Positions 53,610-64,000 of a stretch of DNA of 64,000 bases are shown here, piece after piece. The notes under the pieces are model-generated. The model saw only the letters and a program-made list of their open reading frames with translations. It did no database searches and was not told the origin of the DNA. Each line of letters begins with the position of its first letter. Positions within the stretch are counted from its first letter, which is position 1. This DNA is from Lytechinus pictus (lineage: Eukaryota), in NCBI RefSeq assembly GCF_037042905.1, contig NC_087251.1:22942001-23006000 (forward strand), written 5' to 3'. The translations under genes and the position numbers were made by a program.

Positions 53610-54114
53610 GTCATCACCTATTTATGTTAGTACAATACTTTGGGCTGATATTTTTAAGGGTGTATGTTCAATCAATAGGATGTAGATTTAACACTCCAGG
53701 GTGAGGTACTACAGGGACGCTAACTGATGCCAATTTCAACGCGAAGTTTTTGCAGTGTATGATTAAAATTAATAGGATGAGATAGAATAACCCTACCTTG
53801 GATTTAAGAAAATATTACTATCTTGAAAAATTGAAGCACACTCAGATTTAATATATGTTCAATTAGTCTTTTTTAAATGCTACCATTAACAACAGAAAAG
53901 CATATCAAATATATATCATATATTTTTCTCAGTCATAAATAGATCATTTCAAATAAGAATTCATGCTGTTTCATATTAGTTGGTATATGTTTCTACTAAT
54001 GTTTAGTAATGGGCGCTTCAGGCACTTCATTGTTTAAGATAAATTTCATTTTGGTGCAATAACAATAAAGTGGAGGTAAATTTGTATTCGTATCATCTCT
54101 CTTTCTCTTGCTAG

Positions 54115-54213
54115 TTGACTGTTCTGCCGGCAACCCTTGCCTGAACGGAGGTACATGTGAGAACGACACGTGTTCATGTTCTGCGGGATTGACTGGGAAT
54201 ATGTGTGAAACAG
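54115..54213 (+). CDS. Gene 3 EGF exon 6: DCSAGNPCLNGGTCENDTCSCSAGLTGNMCET
   Basis: GCTAG acceptor, CAG|GTATGG donor, 99 nt. Confidence 0.9.
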
Positions 54214-54599
54214 GTATGGAGTTCCAACACACCTTATTGAATGATCTATGTGTGTTTTACCTATATAATTGGTAATGTAGATCAAGGGAGTTTTGAGGAA
54301 GGGGGTGGAAGTTTATGCAAAAACCATTCATGGGTCTTACCGTAACGATTGGAGTTATAACATTTCACATATTTTTAAGTTCCATGCGGCTATGCCTATG
54401 TATCTCATAATTTGTGTACCAAATTAGATCAAAGGAAAATATTATTCTCATAAAATCAATATTGAAGTACGGTGAACATCCTGATTCGCAGGCTCTATCA
54501 CGATTGACGACATCAATTTTCCTTTTTCTTTGCATTTCCTCATTTTTGACATCGTGTTTTGCCTAGTGGTCATATCTTGGTCGTAAATATGAATGTATA

Positions 54600-56381
54600 T
54601 ACAGTGCGTCCCACAAAAAACGAAACCGAGATTTATCGATGATTTATCATAACTTAATCACAAATAAAATAGACAAATGACCTACCATTGTAAAGCTTAG
54701 AATCTCCTCTTTCATCTTAAATTACTTAGACTATTTTTCATTCAAGCATGAGTGAGCAAAAACAATTTGAAGAGGGGATATCAAAAAGTCATTTGGCGGG
54801 CTGTATCTGGGTTTCAAAAAGAAAACCACAATTTAAACAAGTGGAATGCCTCTGGCCGTCTCACCTGCATCACGCGATTCAATATAGCAGCAGTGCTGAT
54901 TTTGAAAACTACTATAACTCGCACAAGATGTTCAGTGATACTTTGTGACTCTTATTTCCACGTTTTATGAACTAGACCAATACACTTATAGAGAAATGAT
55001 GGCAATTCAACAAATACCCCCAACGTGGCCAAAGTTCTTTGACCTTACATGACCTTTGACCTTGATCATGTGACCTGAAACTCGCACAGGATGTTCAGTG
55101 ATACTTGATTACTATTATGTCCAAGTTTTATGAACTAGACCAACACACTTTCAAATTTATGGCTGTAATTCAACAAATACCCCAATTTGGCCAAAGTTCA
55201 TTGACCCTAAATGACATTTGACCTTGATCATATGACCTGAAACTTGCACAGGATGTTCAGTAATACTTGATTACTATTATGTCCAAGTTTCATGAATCAG
55301 ATCCATAAACTTTCAAAGTTATGATGGTAATTCAACAGATACCCCCAATTCGGCCAAAGTTCATTGACCCTAAATGACCTTTGACCTTGGTCATGTGATG
55401 TGAAACTCATGCAGGATGTTCAGTGATACTTGATTAACCTTATGTATAAGTTTCATGAACTAGGTCCATATATTTTCTAAGTTATGATGACATTTCAAAA
55501 ACTTAACCTTAGGTTAAGATTTTGATGTTGATTCCCCCAACATGGTCTAAGTTCATTGACCCTAAATGACCTTTGACCTTGGTCATGTGACATGAAACTC
55601 AGGCAGGATGTTCAGTAATACTTGATTAACCTTATGGCCAAGTTTCATGAACTAGGTCCATATACTTTCTAAGTTATGCTGTCATTTCAAAAACTTAACC
55701 TCAGGTTAAGATTTGGTGTTGACGCCGCCGCCGCCGTCGCCGCCGCCGTCGGAAAAGCGGCGCCTATAGTCTCACTCTGCTATGCAGGTGAGACAAAAAG
55801 TTCAATATCTGCTCTTTAATTTGATACCTCAATTACGGAAAATGGTCAAGAAATAACAAAGTTATGGTTATTTGAAATGAGGCTTGAATTTCAATAATTT
55901 CATAAAATTAAGGGGTTCTACAGGCTAGCGTTCAAACTCACTTGACACTCCGTTTTGTTGACGATCAGCCATGCATTATGTCTTTTGTTAACCATGCGAT
56001 AGCTTCTGTGGGAAACCGGTGAAAACACGTTTATTTAATGAAATTATGGAAATACAAGCGTTGTTTCGAGGGAACATAACTTTTTTACTTCTTGACCATT
56101 TTTTGTGATTAAGGTATCAAATAAAAGAGCAGATATTGAACTTTTTAGGCATGTGATTTTCTTTTTGAAATTCAGATACCTCCCGCCAAATGAGTTGTTG
56201 GTATCCTTTCTTCAAATTGTTTTTGCTCACTCATGCGTGAATGGGGAATAATCTAAGTATTATCAGATGAAAGTGGAGATTCTAAGCTTTACATTGGTAG
56301 GTCACTTGTCTATTGTATTTGTGATGAAGTTATGATAAATCATCGCTTAATCTCGGTTTCGTTTTTTTCTGGGACGCACTG

Positions 56382-56383
<2 letters not shown>
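54600..56383. mobile_element. Tc1/mariner-like element, second copy, interrupted by a nested insertion
   Basis: TA-CAGTGCGTCCCA...TGGGACGCACTG-TA; colinear with 43376-44199 except for the 54836-55797 insert. Confidence 0.9.
54836..55797 (-). mobile_element. HINE/DINE-1-like (Helentron-associated) element with internal 162-192 bp tandem repeats
   Basis: Subterminal inverted repeat GTCTCACCTGCAT (54858-54870) / ATGCAGGTGAGAC (55782-55794), GCC microsatellite, TGACCTTTGACC repeats, inserted in an A/T run without a clear TSD. Confidence 0.75.
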
Positions 56384-56413
<30 letters not shown>

Positions 56414-56560
56414 TACATATATATATATATATACATACATACATAGTCTGAATCGGCATATAAGAGATATATATATTATATATATATATATATACATATA
56501 TATTGATATGCATATAAATCAGGGGCATTATGATCTAGAGGTAGGTTCACATTGCAGGCG

Positions 56561-56724
56561 GAAGGCGGCTCCAAAGCATGGGTCGGTGTGTAACATGAAG
56601 AAAGGCAGAGCGAGAAAGAAAGAGGGGGATCAAGAGAAACAAAGACTGGGATTCTGGGACTGAGATAAGACAATCTATACTATTATAGGCTACATACATA
56701 GCAAAACACACACACACACACATC

Positions 56725-56778
<54 letters not shown>

Positions 56779-56976
56779 CATACTGTTATAATAGGCTACA
56801 TACATAGCAAAACCCATATATATATGGGTTTTGCTATGTATGTAGCCTATTATAATCGTATGATTGTCTTATCTCGGTCCAAGAATCCCAGTCTTTGTTT
56901 CTCTCGATCCCCCTCTTTCTTTCTCGCTCTGCCTTTCTTCATGTTACACACCGACCCCTGCTTTGGAGCTGCCTTC
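56561..56976. repeat. Inverted duplication around a TA microsatellite, containing a perfect 70-bp palindrome
   Basis: 56561-56707 is approximately the reverse complement of 56829-56976; 56786-56855 is its own reverse complement. Confidence 0.9.
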
Positions 56977-57292
56977 ACATCGCCTATTCAAGTGACACGA
57001 GTCACCTGACTCTTCATGTAAACATTTACACCATGCGCACGGTTCGTTAGCTATAACTATTGTTAGGCCTATAGCTAGTTCAGCGGTCAGGCCGACCTGA
57101 GTCCAATTGGGGTGAAACACATTACAATTGCAGGACTGCAGCAGGCGTGACTCCGGCTTCAAACCACATCCAAAGGCGGACTCAAAAGTCGAGTCGCCTC
57201 CGACGCCGGATTGAGTCCAGCTTCGACGTATGTGTATCACCATCCTATCTCACATTCTCACACAATGGCGTTTTCACTATCTCTCTATGTAG

Positions 57293-57391
57293 TTAACTGC
57301 ACTGATGGCAACCCTTGTCTGTATGGAGGTACTTGTGAGAACGATACATGTACATGTAATACTGGATTAACTGGAGATGTGTGTCAAACAG
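57293..57391 (+). CDS. Gene 3 EGF exon 7: NCTDGNPCLYGGTCENDTCTCNTGLTGDVCQT
   Basis: TGTAG acceptor, CAG|GTACCA donor, 99 nt. Confidence 0.85.
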
Positions 57392-57872
57392 GTACCAACT
57401 TTGTTTATTAAATGTATAAAATTACCTCTGTGGCCTTTGCCCTTTGAACTAGTGAATCTCAATCTTGTCATAGTATTTAAATTTTCACCTACACACACAC
57501 ACAAAGATTGAAGATGAACCGTCCAAATTTTCTTTAGTTATCGCGAGATTAAAAACGGGAGAGGACGAACGACCAGAAAATATAAAGCCTCCGGAAATAA
57601 GCTACAGTTGGCAGATGCATAAAAGCATTCTTAAGCCACGTAAGACCAATTCATCCTACGAGGATCCTAGTAAAATTAAATGGGCATTAGTACGGTCCTT
57701 AAATTCATGTATATTTTCATTGAAGCTAAAAAACAAATCCATATATTTAATACGCTGCCATAACTCTGCCTAATTTTTGTATTACTCATTTTCATATGAA
57801 TTCATACTTGTGCCCATATCTCTTTCTGTCTCCACTTTCTTTCATTCTTTCTCTATGGCTATCACTATTTAG

Positions 57873-57971
57873 TTTCCTGTAGTGGCAACAGCCCTTGTAT
57901 GAATGGAGCTACCTGTGAGAACGACACGTGTTCATGTTCTGTGGGATTGACTGGAGATCTGTGTGAAACAA
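57873..57971 (+). CDS. Gene 3 EGF exon 8: SCSGNSPCMNGATCENDTCSCSVGLTGDLCET
   Basis: TTTAG acceptor, A|GTATGA donor, 99 nt. Confidence 0.9.
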
Positions 57972-59175
57972 GTATGAAGTTCAAACACATCTTATTAAAA
58001 TGAGTGTATGTGTGTGGTTTTCCATATTGGTACTGTTTCATCAGACGCATTTTACGTGTTAAAGCCCAAATCGCATCCCTATGTAACTATGGAGGCCGCG
58101 AAGAAAAGGAAAGTGAATTACACTAAGGCGGGGAAGAAGACCCTCCCAACACATTCACCACCCTGCCGGTCTTTTCTCTCTATGGGGGGGGGGGGGGGGG
58201 GAGAGCGGGGTACAATAAATAAAATCATGATTCGATCGGCGGGACGTCTGACCAAATTTTGACTAAGAATTAGTCAGCTTTATTATTTTCAACTAGATTA
58301 AAGTGAATTATCTATGTGAATAGTCTCCATGAACGATATATGAACTTATTAATCACAAAAAGTCATGCACACACACAAAAATACATAAAACAAAAAGCTG
58401 CCATCTTTCCTGCGAGCTATGCTAACGGCAACCAAGTGTTAGGACAACTCACAGCTGTCTTAAAGTTTTGGGAAACTTCTTAGCCATGTGTATTTATGGA
58501 ATACATATACTGACTGCAGTTTTTAAAAAAGTTACTTAGCCATACATCCTTAATTCACTCTCAAAGGCGCAAAAACTCTTAGTCAAATTCTAAGATACGC
58601 GTTTTGGCTCATTTTTTTGTTTGCCTTTGACAGAAAATAAGACAAACCGCTTAGATTTTCGACTTAATCATGCTTATATCATTTATGGAATACGGGCACT
58701 GGATCGTAAAAAGTATATATAAAGTTTCTATAGGTCAGATACAAAGTAGTATGATCAACGTGCCTTCCTTTTGTTGAAAATCAGTCAACGTAATTAGTTT
58801 TCAAAGTTGAAAAGACATAAAATGAAGACAACTTATAGCGTCTTGATCTCTTACCTAGTCGCGTTAGTATTATGAAAATAATAACCGGAACAGAGTCTCA
58901 CTTCGGCCTATGACCCTTTTCTGATGAATTTCTCCGTCAAGGAATTCAAAGAAAAAATATCACTTTTGATATGCCGCCCTTATTTCTGTTTACCTTTGAC
59001 TCCTTGTTTAACTTAAGATTTGTATTATTTTCTTCTGATATTGAGTCATGTGCGTATTCGACAATAATTGATAAGGATCAATTTTCTTATGGTTTAATAA
59101 CGACGAAATAAAAACTACTAAGTTCGTTTCTACCCTCTGTCTTTCTCGATATCAATTTCTTCTCTCTCTCTTTAG

Positions 59176-59274
59176 TTTCTTGTACTGACGGCAACCCTTG
59201 TATAAATGGAGCTACTTGTGAGAACGACATGTGTTCATGTTCTGAGGGATTGACTGGAGATCTCTGTGATACAA
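59176..59274 (+). CDS. Gene 3 EGF exon 9: SCTDGNPCINGATCENDMCSCSEGLTGDLCDT
   Basis: TTTAG acceptor, A|GTATGA donor, 99 nt. Confidence 0.9.
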
Positions 59275-59530
59275 GTATGAAGTTCTAACAATCCTTATCT
59301 AATAAGAAAAGTCGCTATTTTTCACCGTTCCTTGTTAACAAAAACTTACCCTTTATGTGTTTTAAAATAATTTGTAAATACATTTAGTGCATATAGAACA
59401 TCGAAGTGTGGCAAAATAAAATTTCCTAATTTTTTTTTCTAGAGTTGAGAATTTTTGACATCAAATTTCGAAAGCGCATGATAAAATGTCTCCAAAACCT
59501 ATATTGTGGGAATCGGTAAATTTCGGCCCA

Positions 59531-59561
<31 letters not shown>

Positions 59562-59615
59562 ATTGGCCCTATTGGAGTCAGTATATTATTTGCCTAGTAG
59601 TCATATTTTGGGTCG

Positions 59616-59655
<40 letters not shown>

Positions 59656-59671
59656 AAATATGATTATATCT

Positions 59672-59759
59672 GGCAACCCTTGTCTCAATGGAGGTACTTG
59701 TGAGGAGAACGATACATGCACATGTACTAGTGGATTTAAAGGAGATGTGTGTCAAACAG
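59672..59759 (+). pseudogene. Gene 3 EGF pseudo-exon 10 (5'-truncated): GNPCLNGGTCEENDTCTCTSGFKGDVCQT
   Basis: 88-bp deletion relative to 62273-62360 removes the branch/pyrimidine region, AG and first Cys; donor GTACCA intact. Confidence 0.85.
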
Positions 59760-60563
59760 GTACCAACTTTGTTTATTTCAATATATAAAATGACCTCTGT
59801 GACATTTGCCCTTTGACCTCGTAAAGCTAAGTTTTGTCAGATCATATGAACTCACATATGCAAACAAACGCCAAATTTAAAGTGTTCCCCTCAAAAGGAT
59901 TTATAGTAATCGCGAGAACGAAAACGGGACAGAAGGAAAAACGACCCGAAAATATAGCGGGGAGATGCATAACAGTCTTCTGCAGCCATGAAGTATCCCC
60001 CTTAAATTAAAGACCAATTCATCCTTCAAATTCATATATTTTTCCTTTAAGTTAAGCAATAAATCCATATTTGATTCATTGCCCTAATTTCTGCTTACTT
60101 TTTTAAAACCTTATTTTCATACAAATTTTACGTGTACTCCATTTAACTTATAATGGGTCTTTTTGAGCTCTTTTATAGTATTAAGTTGTGTACAGCGTCA
60201 AAAATGTTTGGTTAGAATCCATTTCTTTATGGTGTAATAGCTTAAGAACAACAATATGACATTAAAAGTTGACTGTTTCATTTTTTTTCCACCATGCTGA
60301 AATTCAGCACACATGTTTCCTGCAATATGAATTTACGAGCCTGAATATTAATAATATTCAATATCAGATAAATTAAAAAATCATGCCTTCAAAAATCTTG
60401 TAAATGTGGCATACTTCAATAAGTTTCCATTAAGATATCATCTTTATAACCTATTAATTTATTTTCATTATGAAGATATGCAATATACATGCATACATTC
60501 ACACCCAGAACTTCATTTTCTACCATTTATCTTTCTCGATATCATTTTCCTCTCTGTCTTTAG

Positions 60564-60662
60564 TTTCCTGTACTGACGGCAACCCTTGTATGAATGGAGC
60601 TACTTGTGAGAACGACACGTGTTCATGTTCTGAGGGATTGACTGGAGTTCTATGTGATACAA
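60564..60662 (+). CDS. Gene 3 EGF exon 11: SCTDGNPCMNGATCENDTCSCSEGLTGVLCDT
   Basis: TTTAG acceptor, A|GTATGT donor, 99 nt. Confidence 0.85.
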
Positions 60663-60891
60663 GTATGTAGTTCTAACAAACCTCATTACAAAGGAGTGAC
60701 TTCCTTATTAAGGAAGCTTACCTTAAAAAAATACAATTTACAGTAGACCTCGTGCATAAAGAATACCGAAATGTGACATTGATTTTCTCGTAAATTTCTT
60801 GTGGGAAACGGTCAATATATGACCCCATGAATGCATAATTTGCCCTATTGGAGTCAGTATATTATTTGCCTAGTAGTCATATTTTGGGTCG

Positions 60892-60943
<52 letters not shown>

Positions 60944-60959
60944 AAATATGATTATATCT

Positions 60960-61047
60960 GGCAACCCTTGTCTCAATGGAGGTACTTGTGAGGAGAACGA
61001 TACATGCACATGTACTAGTGGATTTAAAGGAGATGTGTGTCAAACAG
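60960..61047 (+). pseudogene. Gene 3 EGF pseudo-exon 12 (5'-truncated, identical to pseudo-exon 10)
   Basis: Same ATGATTATATCT|GGCAACCC deletion junction. Confidence 0.85.
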
Positions 61048-61854
61048 GTACCAACTTTGTTTATTTCAATATATAAAATGACCTCTGTGACATTTGCCCT
61101 TTGACCTCGTAAAGCTAAGTTTTGTCAGATCATATGAACTCTCATATGCAAACAAACGCCAAATTTAAAGTGTTCCCCTCAAAAGGATTTATAGTAATCG
61201 CGAGAACGAAAACGGGACAGAAGGAAAAACGACCCGAAAATATAGCGGGGAGATGCATAACAGTCTTCTGCAGCCATGAAGTATCCCCCTTGAATTAAAA
61301 ACCAATTCATCCTTTGAATTCATAAATTTTTTCCTTTAAGTTAAGCAATAAATCCATATTTGATTCATTGCCCTAATTTCTGCTTACTTTTTTAAAACCT
61401 TATTTTCATACAAATTTTACGTGTACTCCATTTAACTTATAATGGGTCTTTTTGAGCTCTTTTATAGTATTAAGTTGTGTACAGCGTCAAAAAATGATTG
61501 GTTAGGTTCCATTTCTTTATGGTGTAATAGCTTAAAAACAACAATATGACATTAAAAGTTGACTGTTTCATTTTTTTTTCCACCATGCTGAAATTCAGCA
61601 CACATGTTTCCTGCAATATGAATTTACGAGCCTGAATATTAATAATATTCAATATCAGATAAATTAAAAAATCATGCCTTCAAAAATCTTGTAAATGTGG
61701 CATACTTCAATAAGTTTCCATTAAGATATCATCTTTATAACCTATTAATTTATTTTCATTATGAAGATATGCAATATACATGCATACATACACACCAAGA
61801 ACTTCATTTTCTACCATCTATCTTTCTCGATATCATTTTCCTCTCTCTCTCTAG

Positions 61855-61953
61855 TTTCCTGTACTGACGGCAACCCTTGTATGAATGGAGCTACTTGTGA
61901 GAACGACACGTGTTCATGTTCTGAGGGATTGACTGGAGTTCTATGTGATACAA
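61855..61953 (+). CDS. Gene 3 EGF exon 13 (same peptide as exon 11)
   Basis: TCTAG acceptor, A|GTATGT donor, 99 nt. Confidence 0.85.
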
Positions 61954-62208
61954 GTATGTAGTTCTAACAAACCTCATTACAAAGGAGTGACTTTCTTATT
62001 AAGGAAGCTTACCTTAAAAAAATACAATTTACAGTAGATCTAGTGCATAAAGAATACCGAAATGTGACATTGATTTTCTCGTAAATTTCTTGTGGGAAAC
62101 GGTCAATATATGACCCCATGAATGCATAATTTGCCCTATTGCAGTCAGTATATTATTTGCCTAGTAGTCATATTTTGGGTCGTATATATACATATATATA
62201 TACCCCCC

Positions 62209-62241
<33 letters not shown>

Positions 62242-62346
62242 TTATATACACACATAAAATATGATTATATCTTTTTCTCAGTCGCAGGCTCTGTCTCTCT
62301 TTCCCACACCCTCACAAAATAACCTTTTCACTAACCCTCTATGTAG

Positions 62347-62448
62347 TTGACTGCACTGCTGGCAACCCTTGTCTCAATGGAGGTACTTGTGAGGAGAACG
62401 ATACATGCACATGTACTAGTGGATTTAATGGAGATGTGTGTCAAACAG
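62347..62448 (+). pseudogene. Gene 3 EGF exon 14, donor-disabled (102 nt): DCTAGNPCLNGGTCEENDTCTCTSGFNGDVCQT
   Basis: Acceptor TGTAG intact; donor reads CAG|TTACCA instead of CAG|GTACCA. Confidence 0.8.
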
Positions 62449-63252
62449 TTACCAACTTTGTTTATTTCAATATATAAAATGACCTCTGTGACATTTGCCC
62501 TTTGACCTCGTGAAGCTAAATTTTGTCAGATCATTTGAACTCACATATGCAAACAAAAGCCAAATTTAAAGTGTTCCCCTCAAAAGGATTTATAGTAAGC
62601 GCGAGAACGAAAACGGGACAGAAGGAAAAACGACCCGAAAATATAGTGGGGAGATGCATAACAGTCTTCTGCAGCCATGAAGTATCCCCCTTGAATTAAA
62701 AACCAATTCATCCTTTAAATTCATAAATTTTTTCCTTTAAGTTAAGCAATAAATCCATATTTGATTCATTGCCCTAATTTCTGCTTACTTTTTTAAAACC
62801 TTATTTTCATACAAATTTTACGTGTACTCCATTTAACTTATAATGGGTCTTTTTGAGCTCTTTTATAGTATTAAGTTGTGTACAGCGTCAAAAAATGATT
62901 GGTTAGGTTCCATTTCTTTATGGTGTAATAGCTTAAAAACAACAATATGACATTAAAAGTTGACTGTTTCATTTTTTTTTCCACCATGCTGAAATTCAGC
63001 ACACATGTTTCCTGCAATATGAATTTACGAGCCTGAATATTAATAATATTCAATATCAGATAAATTAAAATATCATGCCTTCAAAAATCTTGTAAATGTG
63101 GCATACTTCAATAAGTTTCCATTAAGATATCTTTATAACCTATTAATTTATTTTCATTATGAAGATATGCAATATACATGCATACATACACACCAAGAAC
63201 TTCATTTTCTACCGTCTATCTTTCTCGATATCATTTTCCTCTCTCTCTCTAG

Positions 63253-63351
63253 TTTCCTGTACTGACGGCAACCCTTGTATGAATGGAGCTACTTGTGAGA
63301 ACGACACGTGTTCATGTTCTGAGGGATTGACTGGAGTTCTATGTGATACAA
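63253..63351 (+). CDS. Gene 3 EGF exon 15 (same peptide as exon 11)
   Basis: TCTAG acceptor, A|GTATGT donor, 99 nt. Confidence 0.85.
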
Positions 63352-63746
63352 GTATGTAGTTCTAACAAACCTCATTACAAAGGGGTGACTTTCTTATTAA
63401 GGAAGCTTACCTTAAAAAAATACAATTTACAGTAGATCTAGTGCATAAAGAATACCGAAATGTGACATTGATTTTCTCGTAAATTTCTTGTGGGAAACGG
63501 TCAATATATGACCCCATGAATGCATAATTTGCCCTATTGGAGTCAGTATATTATTTGCCTAGTAGTCATATTTTGGGTCGTATATATACATATATATATA
63601 TACCCACACAAACACACACACACACACACATATATATATATTTATATACACACATAAAATATGATTATATCTTTTTCTCAGTCGCAGGCTCTGTCTCTCT
63701 TTCCCACACCCTCACAAAATAACCTTTTCACTAACCCTCTATGTAG

Positions 63747-63848
63747 TTGACTGCACTGCTGGCAACCCTTGTCTCAATGGAGGTACTTGTGAGGAGAACG
63801 ATACATGCACATGTACTAGTGGATTTAATGGAGATGTGTGTCAAACAG
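63747..63848 (+). pseudogene. Gene 3 EGF exon 16, donor-disabled (identical to exon 14)
   Basis: Acceptor intact; CAG|TTACCA donor lesion. Confidence 0.8.
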
Positions 63849-64000
63849 TTACCAACTTTGTTTATTTCAATATATAAAATGACCTCTGTGACATTTGCCC
63901 TTTGACCTCGTGAAGCTAAATTTTGTCAGATCATTTGAACTCACATATGCAAACAAAAGCCAAATTTAAAGTGTTCCCCTCAAAAGGATTTATAGTAAGC

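Larger units (their letters stand above)
59140..64000 (+). repeat. Young tandem array of a 1.29-1.40 kb unit carrying two EGF exons; continues past the window end
   Basis: Homologous exons at 59176, 60564, 61855, 63253 (spacings 1388, 1291, 1398) with near-identical intron sequence from about 59560 onward. Confidence 0.95.

Noticed and set aside
49309..63848. Naming gene 3 as fibropellin, Notch or tenascin
   Set aside because: No CUB domain after EGF1, no calcium-binding consensus, and no diagnostic C-terminal domain within the window

Overview
AT-rich, intron-rich eukaryotic genomic DNA. The repeat families and gene style suggest an invertebrate, probably a sea-urchin-like echinoderm (inference). 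Three + strand genes can be assembled by hand from GT-AG sites with matching intron phases. (1) The 3' end of a probable coiled-coil gene: exons 4448-10443 plus a long 3' UTR. (2) A complete 7-coding-exon gene (19936-26088, 535 aa) encoding signal peptide, Thr/Ser-rich mucin stalk, SEA-like domain, Ly6/uPAR three-finger domain and GPI-anchor signal. (3) The 5' part of a secreted or surface protein (46952 to window end) with a signal-peptide exon, a 24-nt microexon and 16 single-EGF phase 1-1 exons, the distal ones in a young 1.3-1.4 kb tandem array. All 11 EGF exons of 99 nt have intact splice sites. All five of the 102-nt class are splice-disabled, by three different lesions (AG>AT, an 88-bp deletion, GT>TT). 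The rest is non-autonomous DNA transposons (TTAA-, TA- and 8-bp-TSD types, HINE-like), tRNA-derived SINEs, L2 and Penelope fragments (one with a decayed hammerhead-like motif), minisatellites and palindromes. Most ORFs in the supplied track are spurious.
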